In this document: positions 12,991-26,229 of the stretch, piece after piece
Numbering within the stretch: the first letter of the stretch is position 1
Layout of the letters: each line of letters starts with the position of its first letter
NCBI RefSeq assembly: GCF_009914755.1
Contig: NC_060940.1
Origin: the human T2T-CHM13v2.0 reference genome, Homo sapiens
Direction: 5' to 3' (one strand)
Length of the DNA stretch: 64,000 nt
Translations under genes and position numbers: made by a program
The notes under the pieces: generated by a model
Database searches by the model: none
What the model was told of the DNA's origin: nothing
The model's input: only the letters and a program-made list of their open reading frames with translations

Positions 12991-14894
12991 TTTTTAAATA
13001 AAGAAAAAGCAAATCCTGGGATGGACACAAGGAGGTTAAACAGCTTGCCCAGATCACAAAGCTCAAATGTGAAGGGATGGGTCCATTTGAACCCAGGTTC
13101 ACCTGGTTGGAGCCCATGGGTTAACTACCATTCACTACTTACAGGCCATGCTCTGAATTTCTCCCCCTTATTTCTCTCAAATAACACAAGCTCCTTATCT
13201 CCATGTTGTTCCTCACCTTGGCTACCAGGAAGCTCAGAGCTAAGTGATACTAAATTACATCACCTATTGACTATTATTGGAATATCAGTTTCATTCCTCT
13301 TGGGTCAGTTTCCTTCTAACATCCACCCACCTTGAACTTTCTTAGATTCATTTTTATCTTTTTTTTTTTTTTTTGCTTTTGGTAAGTCGCAACTCCTTTG
13401 AAAAATGATTCCAGATTACAAATAAAGTTAAGGCTCTTTCTCCACAAGCTGTAACAATACTCTTACCTTCAAGTTTGTTTCTGAACCTAGAGATCAATTC
13501 ATACCACTCAGCCGGTATCCCACAGTACTGATCCTAACACTAGAAATGTAACCAAGGCAAAAGACTAGGTATAAACCGATGGCCTTATGATTGCAAAAGG
13601 TGACAGGCCTTTCCTATCTTTATTTTATTTTCTCAAAATTAAATACTTGGCAGGGTTTTCCTTGAGCTAATTAGCATCTCTTCTTAACATTTTAAGTAAC
13701 TGCTCATTTAGAGCAGTGAATGATTGCTCTGAGATTAGAGTGTAGGGAAAATCTTTCTGTTGGGAATAATCTACTTATGCGGCTGTTTGTTTGAAGCAGA
13801 GATAAACAGAGATTTTTTTTTTCCTTCTCAACATGCCAGGCGTAAGAGAACAGGGTGATTAATGAAACTCTGCTTTTCACCAATAAATTTCTGACTTCAG
13901 ATACAAGCTCACAGTTGCTGAGTTTTTTGAGTTAATAAATTTTTTTAACCCACAGGAAAACGAAAATTGCACCATGTAGATTCTAGAACCCATTTAAATC
14001 TGTTACATTGTGAACTATTTTTGGTTCTTAAAATGGTTTAGGTAATTTTTCATTGGCTCTACTGGGAATGCCACTTTGTGCTCTGTTATTTATAATCTGC
14101 AGAAATTAATTATGCTGCTAATTAACAGCTTGCAAACAAATTATTGCTCAAGGAGGTATTTATTCAGTTATGAAAGCACAACTTCAGGGTTCTATGTAGA
14201 TCCTTTCTGACAGCTCTTTTATTTCTTGCTTTTGTTTCTGGATTTTTCTGCTTCTAAGATTCAATGAAGTTCTACTTGGAGGGGTGGGGATTAGTCAGGA
14301 TCTCAGCAGCCAGGAAGTGTGTCAACTACTCTACCAGGAGGAGGAGAAAGGCAAAACAGTTGCACAGCCTGCCTAGTGTGTACCCTGGGGTTGATAAAGA
14401 AATTCCTTATGTGAGTGGTGTTTCCTCTAACAACCACTACAAGGCTTTACACCTCCACTTTTGCATTTCCCAGGCTCTCAGGAGAGCTCTGGAGACAATA
14501 CTGGCATCAGATAAGGGGAAGGTAGAAATGTAAGCATGTGCCACATAGATGACTACACCCCATGCACATGCTTATGGCAGGCAGTAACTGATCAGATTCA
14601 GCTCCAGACTCTGAATCCTTCTTGACGCAGCGTTCCAGGTAGGCATTACCTGCAGTAGGAGGAAAGCACCAGTGAAAGTGGGTGGCTTGATATTTCTAAC
14701 TCATGCAAACAACTCTCCTTCCATAACTAGGCTGTGGGATTGACCAGTGGGACGGGGAAAGTTGTAGATTAAAAAGCTCTTTCTCTCTTGGCAAGATCTC
14801 AAAGGGCCAATCAGGACACTGCCCGAGTCTAACTGACCCCACCCTGCCCAAAGAGACACAAAATTATTGGGTCCTGGCAAGAACATAAAGAGCT

Positions 14895-15309
14895 GGTATT
14901 AGTCTGTTCTCGCATTGCTATAAACAAAATCTGAGGCTGGGTAGTTTATAAAAAAATAAGTTTAATTGGATCATGGTTCTGCAGGCTGTACAGAAAGCAT
15001 GATGCTGGCATCTGCTCAGCTTCTGGGGAGGCCTCAGGAAGCTTACAATCATGGCAGAGACAAAGAGGGAGCCAGCCCTTCACATAGCCAAAGCAGCAAG
15101 GAGGGGAAGAGGAGGTACTACACACTTTTAAACAACTGGATCTCACAAGAACTCACTATCACCGATGACCGCACCAAGGAGGATGTTGTTAAACCATTAG
15201 AAACCACCTGCCCCCATGATCCCATTACCTCCCATGAGGCCCCATCTCCAACATTGAGGATTACAATTCAACATGAGATTTGGGTGGGACACAGATCTAA
15301 ACCACATCT
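14895..15309 (-). mobile_element. MST (MSTA/B) solo LTR
   Basis: gtattagtctgttctcgcattgctataa...gagatttgggtgggacacagatctaaaccacatc; 5 bp TSD GAGCT at 14890-14894 and 15310-15314. Confidence 0.95.
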
Positions 15310-16849
15310 GAGCTAGTCCCAGCGGACGGGCAAGTGGAACAGGCCATGACCCTGCAAGGGGCAAGGAGGCCACAAGAAAAAGTAAAAAGAACTCTGGGCA
15401 GGGGTTAGTCTATCTGGTTCTGAGTCCTTGCATGCCATTCTGTGGCTGTGAGACCCTGAGTAAGTTACTTCCCTGTCTGGCCCTTAGTCTTTCTCCCTCT
15501 GCCAAAAGAGGGAAGTGGGCTCAGGGTCCCTGGGATCCTTCCAGCTCTGCTGTCCAATGTTCCAATGCTGCTGCCGATGTTGGACGCACCTGGAGCCACC
15601 CAAGGCCAGGTCTCTTCCAATCAGTAAAATGAAGATGCTAATGAAGATTGTTCTGGCACCTAGGTAAGGGAGCACAGAGCTGGGCTTATGAATCAAACTG
15701 AAGAATGTTGAGGATGATAGGAGAAAAGCAGGTGCAAGTGTGAAGGTCATCATGTTGTCTTTGATGGTTGGCACACATGTAGCAGCATTTACCCCCAAAT
15801 TCAAAGGAACCAAATGCACCTTGTCGTACTGGAGACACTTAGTCTCTGAAACTCCCTTCACTTCAGCATCCCTCCAAGCACATCTTGCTCTCTCTAACTA
15901 ACCAGCCCACCTTTCTTCCAATCTAGAACTCAAGGCCTCACCTGTTCTAAGCAAATGGATTGGCTGCCTTTCAGCATCTGTCTTAAAGCCAAGAAACAAG
16001 GACCCACATTCACTTTATCAGAAAAACCCAGAACCCTGGTCACTTGTAGCTGCAGTTAGATGCTTCCATGCTGCTAGGACCAGAATTCCGCCACAAGCCA
16101 GACCAGACGTCCCTGCAGCGTAAGCCATCCTCTCGCATCTCACAGAACTCAAGGCGGCCAGTCCCTGAGACAGCGCCCTCTTCCTGCTTTCAGACCTTAA
16201 CTCTCCATGTTCAAGGAAACCAGATTTACTCTGGAAGAGTATTCTCTCCAGCTTACAGGTGACAAATTGTCAAGAGTCAAAAACTGAGTGACATTTTCTG
16301 AATTCCAACAAACAGATTTAACAATGTCCATGAATACAGCACATTTTTATCATAAAATTTTCCCCTGTACCTTATCTTCCTTGAAGTTTGCAACCAGCCT
16401 ATGAGCTGAGAATGTTATAATCCCCATTTCAAAGATGACCTTCAAAAAGGTGAAGCAACAGGCCTCAAGTTCCAAAGCTGGGAGGTCACAAAGCTGGGTC
16501 TTGACTCCATGACTTATGAGAGTCAATCCTGTTCTGACCCCACATCATGGGCCCCTCTGATGCGTCATTACTCAGTAACTGGCACCGGGAAACTGAGGAG
16601 TGAATTTCAGGCCAATGAAGCATCCACGAAACTTCCTTTTTCAGATCCCCCTCCAAGCAGTACCCCTGCTGTCTGCAGGGTCTTCCAGCCTTCCAGGAAG
16701 CCAAATGCAGCAAAGCAATGAACATGGACTGGATTTGAACTCTGGCCCTTACCTGATTAACTGCCTGATGTCAGACAAGTTCCTTAAATGCTTTGAGCCA
16801 CAGTTTTCTTTTCTGGAAAATGGCAATGATAAACTCTTACCATGCACAG

Positions 16850-17001
16850 AGAAAAATGTACAAAGACGTTGGTCACAGTCTTGTTTATTATAGTAAAAAC
16901 AGGAAACAATGTAATTATACATCAGTAGGAGACTGAACAAATAGACTGATGTTTAGTCATAAGACGGAATACTCTGCCACATTTAAAATGAACAAACTAG
17001 A

Positions 17002-17041
<40 letters not shown>

Positions 17042-17280
17042 GATACAATTAGGTGGATAAATCTAAAAAACCAGGAGTGAATACAGCAAAATGAAAACAA
17101 TAGGAGGTATATAATATAATATATGGCATATATCCCTTATTTTAATGTTTATGCATCTATCTACTAAAAGAATAAAAATATGATTATGAATGATATTCAA
17201 CAACCTACTGATATTGTTTCCTCTGTGGAGGGAAAAAGGTAAAGGCACATGAGTGGAAATGTTAATGTTTCTCATATAAG
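16850..17280 (+). mobile_element. Ancient L1M 3' fragment
   Basis: gtttattatagtaaaaacaggaaacaatg...catcagtaggagactgaacaaata...ggaatact. Confidence 0.55.
17006..17036. repeat. (AG)n microsatellite
   Basis: About 15 AG units read directly. Confidence 0.95.
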
Positions 17281-17506
17281 CACTACACGATTGCCTTTAG
17301 GTCCAGTTCATGTTTCTAGTAAAGTTTCAGTAATTTGGGGTTTTTCACGCTGAATCCTATTTTAGATGTACCTTGTAAGATCAATATTTAAAGGAACCTT
17401 TGATAATTTCAGCCTTAGCAAAGGATCCTTCTGTTATGTAATTAGTCAGCCCCTAATTCTGTCTATAGCTTAGACTAATACTTCAAAACTGTTTTCCAAA
17501 AGATAC

Positions 17507-17680
17507 TCATTCATTCAACGTATATTTAGTGAAGGCAAACTATGCCAGTCACTGGGCTAGGAGAGGCATACAGAAATAAATAAAGTAAATATGGATCCTG
17601 CACTCTGAGAGCTTACAGTTGGGGAAAAAAATTAACAAGTAAACAAATCGTGCAAAATTCTGTGAAAGAAGTGAATACGG
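17507..17680 (-). mobile_element. L2 3' end
   Basis: tcattcattcaacgtatatttagtga...ctatgccagtcactgggctagg...gagcttacagt. Confidence 0.7.
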
Positions 17681-17822
17681 TGTTATAATTTTATATATTA
17701 AATACGTATATATGATTTTAGGTGGATAAATCCCAAAAACTAAGAGTGAATAAGGCAAAATGCAAACAATAAGAAGTGTATAATACACCATGTGGTAAAA
17801 ATCTTGTACTTTAACATGGCAG

Positions 17823-18318
17823 AGTCTCAGTTACCTATTGTGTATAATAAACGACCTCAAAATTCAATGTCTTAAAATAGCAACTTTACTATGTCTCACA
17901 ATTCTGTAGGTTGACTGGATGGTTCTGCTTTCTGAGTTGTTGGTTGGGGTGTGGAGATGGCTGGAAGGTCCAAAGTGGCCTCACCCATAAGCTGGGCAGT
18001 TAGTGCTGGCTGCCAGCTGGGAACTCAACTGGGTCTACCAGCCAGGGCCCCAGTTCTTGCCCACAAACGGCATCCTATGAGGCTGCCTGAGCTTCACCAG
18101 CATGGTGGTTGAGTTCAAGAAGGAGTGTTCCAAGTAGAAAAAATGGAAGCTTTGTACCTCCTAAGGTCCAGCCCCAAAATGACACTGGGTCACTTTTGCC
18201 ACATTCTATTTATTAAAATAAGTCATGGGCCCATCCCAGATTCAAAGGTACAGAAATTCGGCTCTACCTGTTCATGGAAAGACATGCAAAGACTTGACGG
18301 CAACATTTAGTCCACCAC
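17823..18318 (-). mobile_element. MLT1 (H-like) LTR
   Basis: tctcacaattctgtagg...ggctggaaggtccaaagtggcctcac...cagattcaaagg...tagtccaccac. Confidence 0.8.
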
Positions 18319-18829
18319 CCAGAGGTAAGGATTGCTTGTACTTAAGGAACACTGGGTACCATATCTTTTTCTTAGATATTAACTATGTTTACAAAATGAA
18401 GTTTCTAAGAAGTCCTAAAGTAAAGATCATTACTTTACTTACCTTTATAAAAATGTTTCATTTATTTCAACCTGTATATATTTTTTACTTTTCTAACCCA
18501 GTATTTTCCAAAGTTAGTTGGCCAAGGTGCTCTTTTTATTCACAGAATGCCTAGAACTAGCATTTTTGCACTCAGTATGAGAAATGACTGTTTTAAATGA
18601 AATAGATTTTTGTAGCTTAGAGTTGCTTAAAGCAGGGTCCAAATGACAGGTATCTTGTGTTCCTTGGAGTAAAAGTTCTTCTGCATAAATCAGAAAAATT
18701 AATAAACACTGCAACACAGTCTGCATGACAAAGCCCAGACCTGAGACAGGGAGGGGCCTTCAGCAAAGAGGGAAGGAACGGGATCTGGGTTTTGTCACCT
18801 GCTCAGGCCTCCCCGGACTTTCAGCATTT

Positions 18830-19340
18830 CTCTGTTAATGCCTCTGGCCTAGAAATGACAAGCTCTAGAATTTAATTTGCATCTGGAATAAAAATCTATG
18901 AGTAAAATGCCATCAACCTGTAATACTACAACCACCTGGACAATTATTAGAGATGAACTGCTGTGAGTCACATGGAAGACCACTGTACTCCTCTTGAATG
19001 CAATCCAGCATGCAGCAGACAGGCTGTGATGTTCAGCAGACAGGCTGTGATGTTCAGCAGCCTCGGCGGCCGTGTTACAATTGAATTACAAGGGGGAAAA
19101 CAGCTCTGTGCTGATTTCATAATTATCATGATCTACTATTATGATCCATCACCAACGGAGCAGTCAGCGAAGCCGCAATAAATCATCGTTATTTATATTG
19201 CAACAAATCACGTGGAAGTATCATCGAGAATCATAATTCACACTCGCTTCAGATCGTAATTAGCTATATATGACTGTCTAGGTATGTCGTGAAAGTAACA
19301 CAAGAAAAACAAATTATAACCAGTGCTGTCTTGAAGACTT
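18830..19340. promoter_or_regulatory. Candidate conserved non-coding element or enhancer
   Basis: No recognisable repeat; 12 CpGs in 19061-19290 despite AT richness; Pbx-Hox-like ATAAATCA, E-box CACGTG and TAATTA motifs. Confidence 0.45.
19013..19060. repeat. Perfect 21 bp tandem duplication (2.3 copies)
   Basis: cagcagacaggctgtgatgtt x2 followed by cagcag. Confidence 0.97.
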
Positions 19341-19819
19341 GGTTTCTCTAAACAAGTTTTTAAGCTTTGCAAGGAGGAAAGCCAAGTTTTGCTATTTCTT
19401 TCCCCCAATATCTTTTCTGGGTTTTAGGGGATCACATCAGAAGTGGGCTGAGTTCTAGGATCCACCTTTAAAATGAACGCTGGCCAACACTATAAGCTCT
19501 TAGACTTGACATTATTCTTGTGAAAAACAGCTAGAGAGATTGGGAATATTTATCCTCGTGGAAATATGAGTTGCAAGAATGAAATATTTGGAGGATTGTC
19601 CCATAACTGTGCTGCCTCAAGAGGAGTCAAGCTCTGTCTCCACCGGTGGGCAAGTAGGGACTAGACAGGATTATGGCTCCAGATAAAAGCTGGTTAGATA
19701 AAACATTTTCATATATTTTTTAGCCACCAAATTCTCAGAATCAGTAACAGTGCTGTGCTGGCCATATTGGAAACTGATTGAAAAGGAAATACCAATAATA
19801 CTGAGCTTGTCTTCACTTA

Positions 19820-19986
19820 AAATATTACAACAAAATTGTGATATTTTGTTCATCTTTTTGCATTAATTTTAATGTTTAAAAATATTTCGGTAAAGTGTTA
19901 CTTATCTAAATTACTGGTTTTGAGGTGCTCCCTTAGATTTTGCAACCTAGATGAGTGCCACAGGTATTCATGCTAGTCTTACCCTG
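19820..19986 (-). mobile_element. hAT-type MITE fragment (MER96B-like)
   Basis: gatattttgttcatc...gcattaattttaat...cccttagattttgc...gagtgcc...ccctg. Confidence 0.5.
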
Positions 19987-19989
19987 TTG

Positions 19990-20090
19990 AATTTTCTCAA
20001 CAATTCCATAAAGTAGATACGATTATGATCCCTACTGTAGAGATGAGAAATCTGAGGCCCTGGCAGGTTAAGTGACTTGCCTAAGCCATG
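19990..20090 (-). mobile_element. MIR SINE
   Basis: agatgagaaatctgaggc...aggttaagtgacttgcctaag. Confidence 0.75.
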
Positions 20091-20374
20091 CTCTGGACAG
20101 CCCTGAAACTTGCTAGAGTAAGAACAACTCACAGACTTCTTTTGTCTCCTTTACTCCTACACTATATTGCTGAATAATGAAGCTGAATTAGAGTGATTTT
20201 CAGTCAGAAGGAAGAGACCTAGAGTAACAATGGACCATAAATTAGAGGAGGAGATTGGCCTTACGTGCAGCACACTTCATTATTCACCATAGAGCAGGAA
20301 CGCTTAACAAAGAAAGGGTCTACTACCTTTACAGGGTCCAACAACGAACAACTCCCCCAGTGTTATCTAAAAAG

Positions 20375-20461
20375 GTGTGTGTGGTGTGTGTGTGTGTGTG
20401 TGCACGCACACGTGTGTGTGTGCGTGCGCGCGCGTGTGTGTGTGTGTGTGTGTGTGTGTGT
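20375..20461. repeat. Compound (TG)n/(CG)n alternating purine-pyrimidine tract
   Basis: Read directly; includes tgcgtgcgcgcgcgtg. Confidence 0.97.
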
Positions 20462-21629
20462 TGGCCAGAGGGGGTCTATAGGTGTCATCAAATTCTCAAA
20501 GTGATCCTTGACTTCCGCAAGTTTAGAATCACAGCTCTAAGAATTTGGATAACTTTCACTATGAAGTCTTACATTAAATGATCTGGAAACAATCTTCAAA
20601 TTGTTATCTATCACAACCAAGGTGTCTCCAGGAGAGCAACATGCAGTTATTGGAACCAAATATTGTTCCTCTCTACAAGCTTGGTTGGGCATAAGTTATT
20701 AACAGTCCCCTAATAAAATAACTTTAGAGATCACCTAGTCTTAAAACCCAATCTTAAATTCATTTTATTTATATGTCAATAAAATGAGGCTCAGATAAAT
20801 GGTATGACCTGTCCCCTGTCCCAGCTGAGTCATCACAGGGCTGAGTTAAATCTAAAGCTAGGCCCCTGAGCACCCTTCTCCATTCAAGCATCTGGCTTCC
20901 ACTGGAAGAACACACCTAGGACCCAGTTAACTCAGGTGTGACTGACCAACAATACTGACATGCTCTAAGGTCTGAGCCACTGGTGCACATAAGCTAGTGC
21001 TTTATGTACGTTAGCCCCAACTCACCTGGGACTCAAACCCTAAGCCTCCACTTCTTTGTATCTTCTTTCAAATATAGACAATTGTGAAGCTTTTGTGAAG
21101 ACCATCTGCACTAAACCAGAGACTCCCTTTAGTTTGGGATTTGGAACCAACTACCCTGTAATTGGCACTACTCCCCAGAATCTTATGACCGCCCTCTCAG
21201 AGGGCCCAATTTCTAAAGAATTTCTCCCTGAAGCCAACATGTATGGTGGTGATTATTCTTTAAAAATAAAGAGAATCTGGCTTCAGAGAGTGCATGTGAA
21301 GCCTGGTCTCAGAAATGGTAAATGATCTCATTTGGAAATAAAAGGGCTTGATAGCATGGTTTTCCAATAATTAAATTAAGGAATGCAAAAAGAAACAGAG
21401 CTGAAGATGGCAGGACTGGACAGATAAGCTTTAATGGGGTCTCAGGCCTCAAGAAAGAAAAATGATTTAACAAGGTAGAAAAAAGGTATCAGACAAAAAT
21501 CACTAATAAACATTATCAACAATTTGAAAGTGGTGAAGTTCCCACCTGTCATGTGTTCAAGCTCATTGTGAGCCAAAAACTTCTGGGCACACTGTGGGAC
21601 ACACAGAGAGAGAAGAAATAGCCACTGTT

Positions 21630-21922
21630 GGCCAGGTGCATGGACTCATGCCTGTAGTCCAAGCACTTTGGGAGGCCAAGGTGGGTGGATCACCTGAGGT
21701 CAGGAGTTCAACACTAGACTGGCCAATGTGGTGAAACCCTGTCTTTACTAAAAATGCACTGTTGGCTGGGCATGGTGGCGGGCACCTGTAATCCCAGCTA
21801 CTAGGCAGGCTGAGTTGAGGCAGGAGAATTGCTTGAATCCAGGAGGCAGAGGTTGCAGTGATCTGAGATGATGCCATTGCACTTCAGCATGGGCAACAGG
21901 AGCGAAACTCAGTCTCAAAAAA
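21630..21922 (+). mobile_element. AluS (Sx/Sq-like)
   Basis: ggatcacctgaggtcaggagttc; TSD aagaaatagccactgt / aagaaatagtcactgt. Confidence 0.95.
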
Positions 21923-22357
21923 AGAAATAGTCACTGTCCTTGGGGAGTTTACAATCTAGTTGTGTTGTTAAGCGTAAAGCATAGCAATCAATCAGTGAAT
22001 AATGTGGCATACTGCATAAACATGGTGCCATTATCTTGGAGAAGAGAGCTACCAGTATGAGTTGAAATAGCAATGGGAGGTAAGGCCTCCAATTAAGTAA
22101 GCCCTAACTACAATCTGCTAGGAAGGTATTTACCACCTCCCGTCCTGTGCGTGCACCTCTGCACTCTATTACAGTCCGAAGCTGTCTTCCAGTGTCAGGT
22201 TAATTCAAGATGAACTTGTTGTATCAGTTGGTGCAAAAGCAATTGCAAAACTGAAGTTTTTATATATCCAAAGGCCAGAAAAGGGACAAATGTGTTATAA
22301 GGCTACAGGTATTCTGCTGGGTAGGACTGCATGTAGATTAAAACACAGCATTAGGGC

Positions 22358-22660
22358 TTTTTTTGAGAATTGTCTATTCATGTCCTTTGCTCACTTATTA
22401 ACGGGATTATTTGTCTTTCTTTTTAATTTTTTTATTTTGTAGACATGGGAGACCCCTATGTTACTTAGGCTGGTCTCTAACTCCTGGGCTCAAGTGATCC
22501 TCCCACCTTGGCCTGCCAAAGTGCTGGGATTACAGGCACGAGCCACTGTGCCCAGCCTGTTTGTTTTAATTGTTGAGTTATTTGAGTTTCTTGTATAGTC
22601 TGGAAATTAGTTTCTGGTCAGATAAACAGTTTGCAAATATTTTCTCCCATTCAATAGGCT
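22358..22660 (-). mobile_element. L1 ORF2 fragment (inverted part of an L1MA insertion), interrupted by FLAM
   Basis: ttttgagaattgtctattcatgtcctttgc...agtttgcaaatattttctcccatt. Confidence 0.8.
22421..22557 (-). mobile_element. FLAM / Alu left monomer
   Basis: aggctggtctctaactcctgggctcaagtgatcctcccaccttggcc...tgtgcccagcc. Confidence 0.9.
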
Positions 22661-23080
<420 letters not shown>

Positions 23081-23216
23081 CATGTATCAATTTTTAATGC
23101 ATACAAAAATATTAGGCAGTCAGAGGTATTTTGAATTTCTTTCTCAGATCTTTGAGATGATAAAGGAAAATAGAAAGTTGGCTGTATACCTGGAATAGAG
23201 CATTGCACCAACATAT

Positions 23217-23891
<675 letters not shown>

Positions 23892-24824
23892 TGAAAGCAC
23901 TCCCTCACACTCACACTTAGGAGTAGAAATGTATAAACAGGAGGCTGGGAGAGCCATGGACACCAGAGGAGGGTTGGGGCTACCACAGCTGGAGGAAAGC
24001 CAGTAAACCAGGAAGGAGGAGACATTGGAAGAAATGGAGAATTCTAGAGGAGAGAAAGAGTTAAAAAGACAGAGACACTGAAAAGGGAAGAGAGGTATAG
24101 AGGGGAACTCAACAGGGCACGTGCTGGCCTCAGGTCTTGGTAGTGAGGCCACTGTGACTTCACAGAGCACAAACCAGAGCATGGATTGATTGGAGCACCA
24201 CCACAGGCAGTTTCATCACCCTCTGCTGTCCCCTCTACCATGCCATCTTGCCCCTGTATGATGTAAATTTTTATCACTAAAAATATCAACAAGTGAAGAG
24301 ATTTCTGAACCTCTGTTTTTGTGTCTATGAGGTATGTGCAGCAAAAGTGATGAAAACACAATTGCTGAAGTTTTTTTATTGAGTTGGGTGAGTGCTTTCC
24401 ATGAAATAACTCATTGAATCCTCCTAGGGATCAACAAACAGAAGGTGCAAATCACTGCCTCTTTCTCCATCAATGATGAGAAATTGAGATCTCTTTAGTG
24501 GGAAATTTTGGGAAAAAGCGTTCACTCTTATAAGACCCTCATGTAGAAATAAAAAAACAGTAAGATGATGGCCTTGTTTTCCTTCCTTCCTCATCTCTCT
24601 CCAAAGCATCCCCACCAATAAAGAAAAGCTTTAGAATCCCTATGGCCAAATAAAGAGCCTGGTACCAACTTAAACTACAATTCAATCCCCCTGCTCCACC
24701 CTGAGCCAATGTAAGCATTCCTCTGGTCTGTGAAACAAACAAATCAACAAATACTCCCTTGATCGAGACATACATACTTTGTAAAAATGTCCTTGACATA
24801 AACTCAAGTTTTCCTTTGCACGTG

Positions 24825-24851
24825 CACACACACACACACACACACACACAC
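24825..24851. repeat. (CA)n microsatellite
   Basis: Read directly. Confidence 0.95.
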
Positions 24852-26065
24852 GCTCCCCTTATTGAATAAGAGTATCCTCCAACCCTTGGAAATTTACTGT
24901 ATAGCTCATCTTTTCTAATACCTGATCCTTCCCAGAGTGGTCCTTATAGTTATCTTGCAGATAGTGCCAAGGCCTTACCAGCCCACTCCAAAGTAGTGTC
25001 CCAGTCACCCCATCTCGCTTCCACATCTCGATACTCTCACCCAACACTGGGCACTGCACAGTCAAAAATGAGTACAGTTCATGTTCCTGACCATTGATCT
25101 GCCATCAATTTTTTCCAAGCCTGAGGCATGCGATTATCTGCAAAGCTGACTTACAAGATAAAATCCCCAGGCCTCTCCCCTTCCCCTCCTCCTCCAACAA
25201 GCAGACATTGATTTTACACAGAATGTGCATGGCTTTGATGCTGTTATTGCAATCAACATGAAAAATACCACCACAGTGCTTATCCGGACGTCTCAGTTGT
25301 TTTGCCTCATAGCACAAGTGATTGTTTAAAGAGGCTTGACACTGTTGGAGTCTTTTGTTTTATGGATTTTGCAAAGCATTGCTCTTTGTCTTTTGGGCTA
25401 GCAGAAGAGAGAGCTCTTTTTTCAAGGCAATGGGCAGTGCTTTTAGAAAATAGGATCCAAGGTGTGGACTGCTTCAGGGGTATCTTTAGCTCTCACACTT
25501 ATGTGCAATTTTTCCTAAGGAAAGGCTGCACCTACCTGGTCTGTACCTTTAACTTCCTTCTTCTGGCCAGATTACCCTCTGAACGTTGACCCCCATCTGT
25601 TCACCATGATATTCTGCCATCCTTATTCCATCCTGATCCTAAGCAACTAAACAGGCTGTCTTTGCCCCCCTCTCAGTTTTATCTCTCTACCTCTCTCTTT
25701 CTCTACCTCACAGCTGACCAATTATCTGACTCATCTGATCCCCAGCAAAAATAAACAAAGAAACTTGGCACAAGCACCATTCACTTGCTACCCCCCCCAA
25801 GCAGGCAAAAAGCCAGAGGCTGAAACTCCCCCTTCTCTTCCCTGCTTGTAGCAACACAGGCACTTGTACCATTCTGTTCACCCACCTCTCCCATCAGAAT
25901 GGGACCCCCGGAAGGCAGAAACTGTTAGACATGTTTTCTGCACTTTTCTTGGCTTGTTGCCCAATTAGTGCTGACTTTGAATTACAGGGAGAAATAGGGT
26001 GAAGGTAAGGATTTAACTGGAAAATTGTGAGGTCATATATCTGAGAACGATTGCTAAATTCTCAA

Positions 26066-26229
26066 GAAGGTTATTTCAACATAGGCACTATTGACACATA
26101 GGACCAGATACCTTTTTGTTGTGGGAGGATGTTCTGTGCATTATAGGACATTTTATCAACATCTAAAAATGTCTTCAGATATTACCAAATATCCCATGGG
26201 GGGCAAAATCACCCTGGTAAGAGCCACTG
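26066..26229 (+). mobile_element. MER20 (hAT-Charlie MITE), internally deleted
   Basis: ggcactattgaca...ctgtgcattatagga...aaaatgtcttcagatatt...ggggggcaaaatcaccc...gagccactg; strand is tentative. Confidence 0.85.

Noticed and set aside
20255-20581. Cys/Val-rich ORFs resembling metal-binding peptides
   Set aside because: They are translations of the (TG)n microsatellite.
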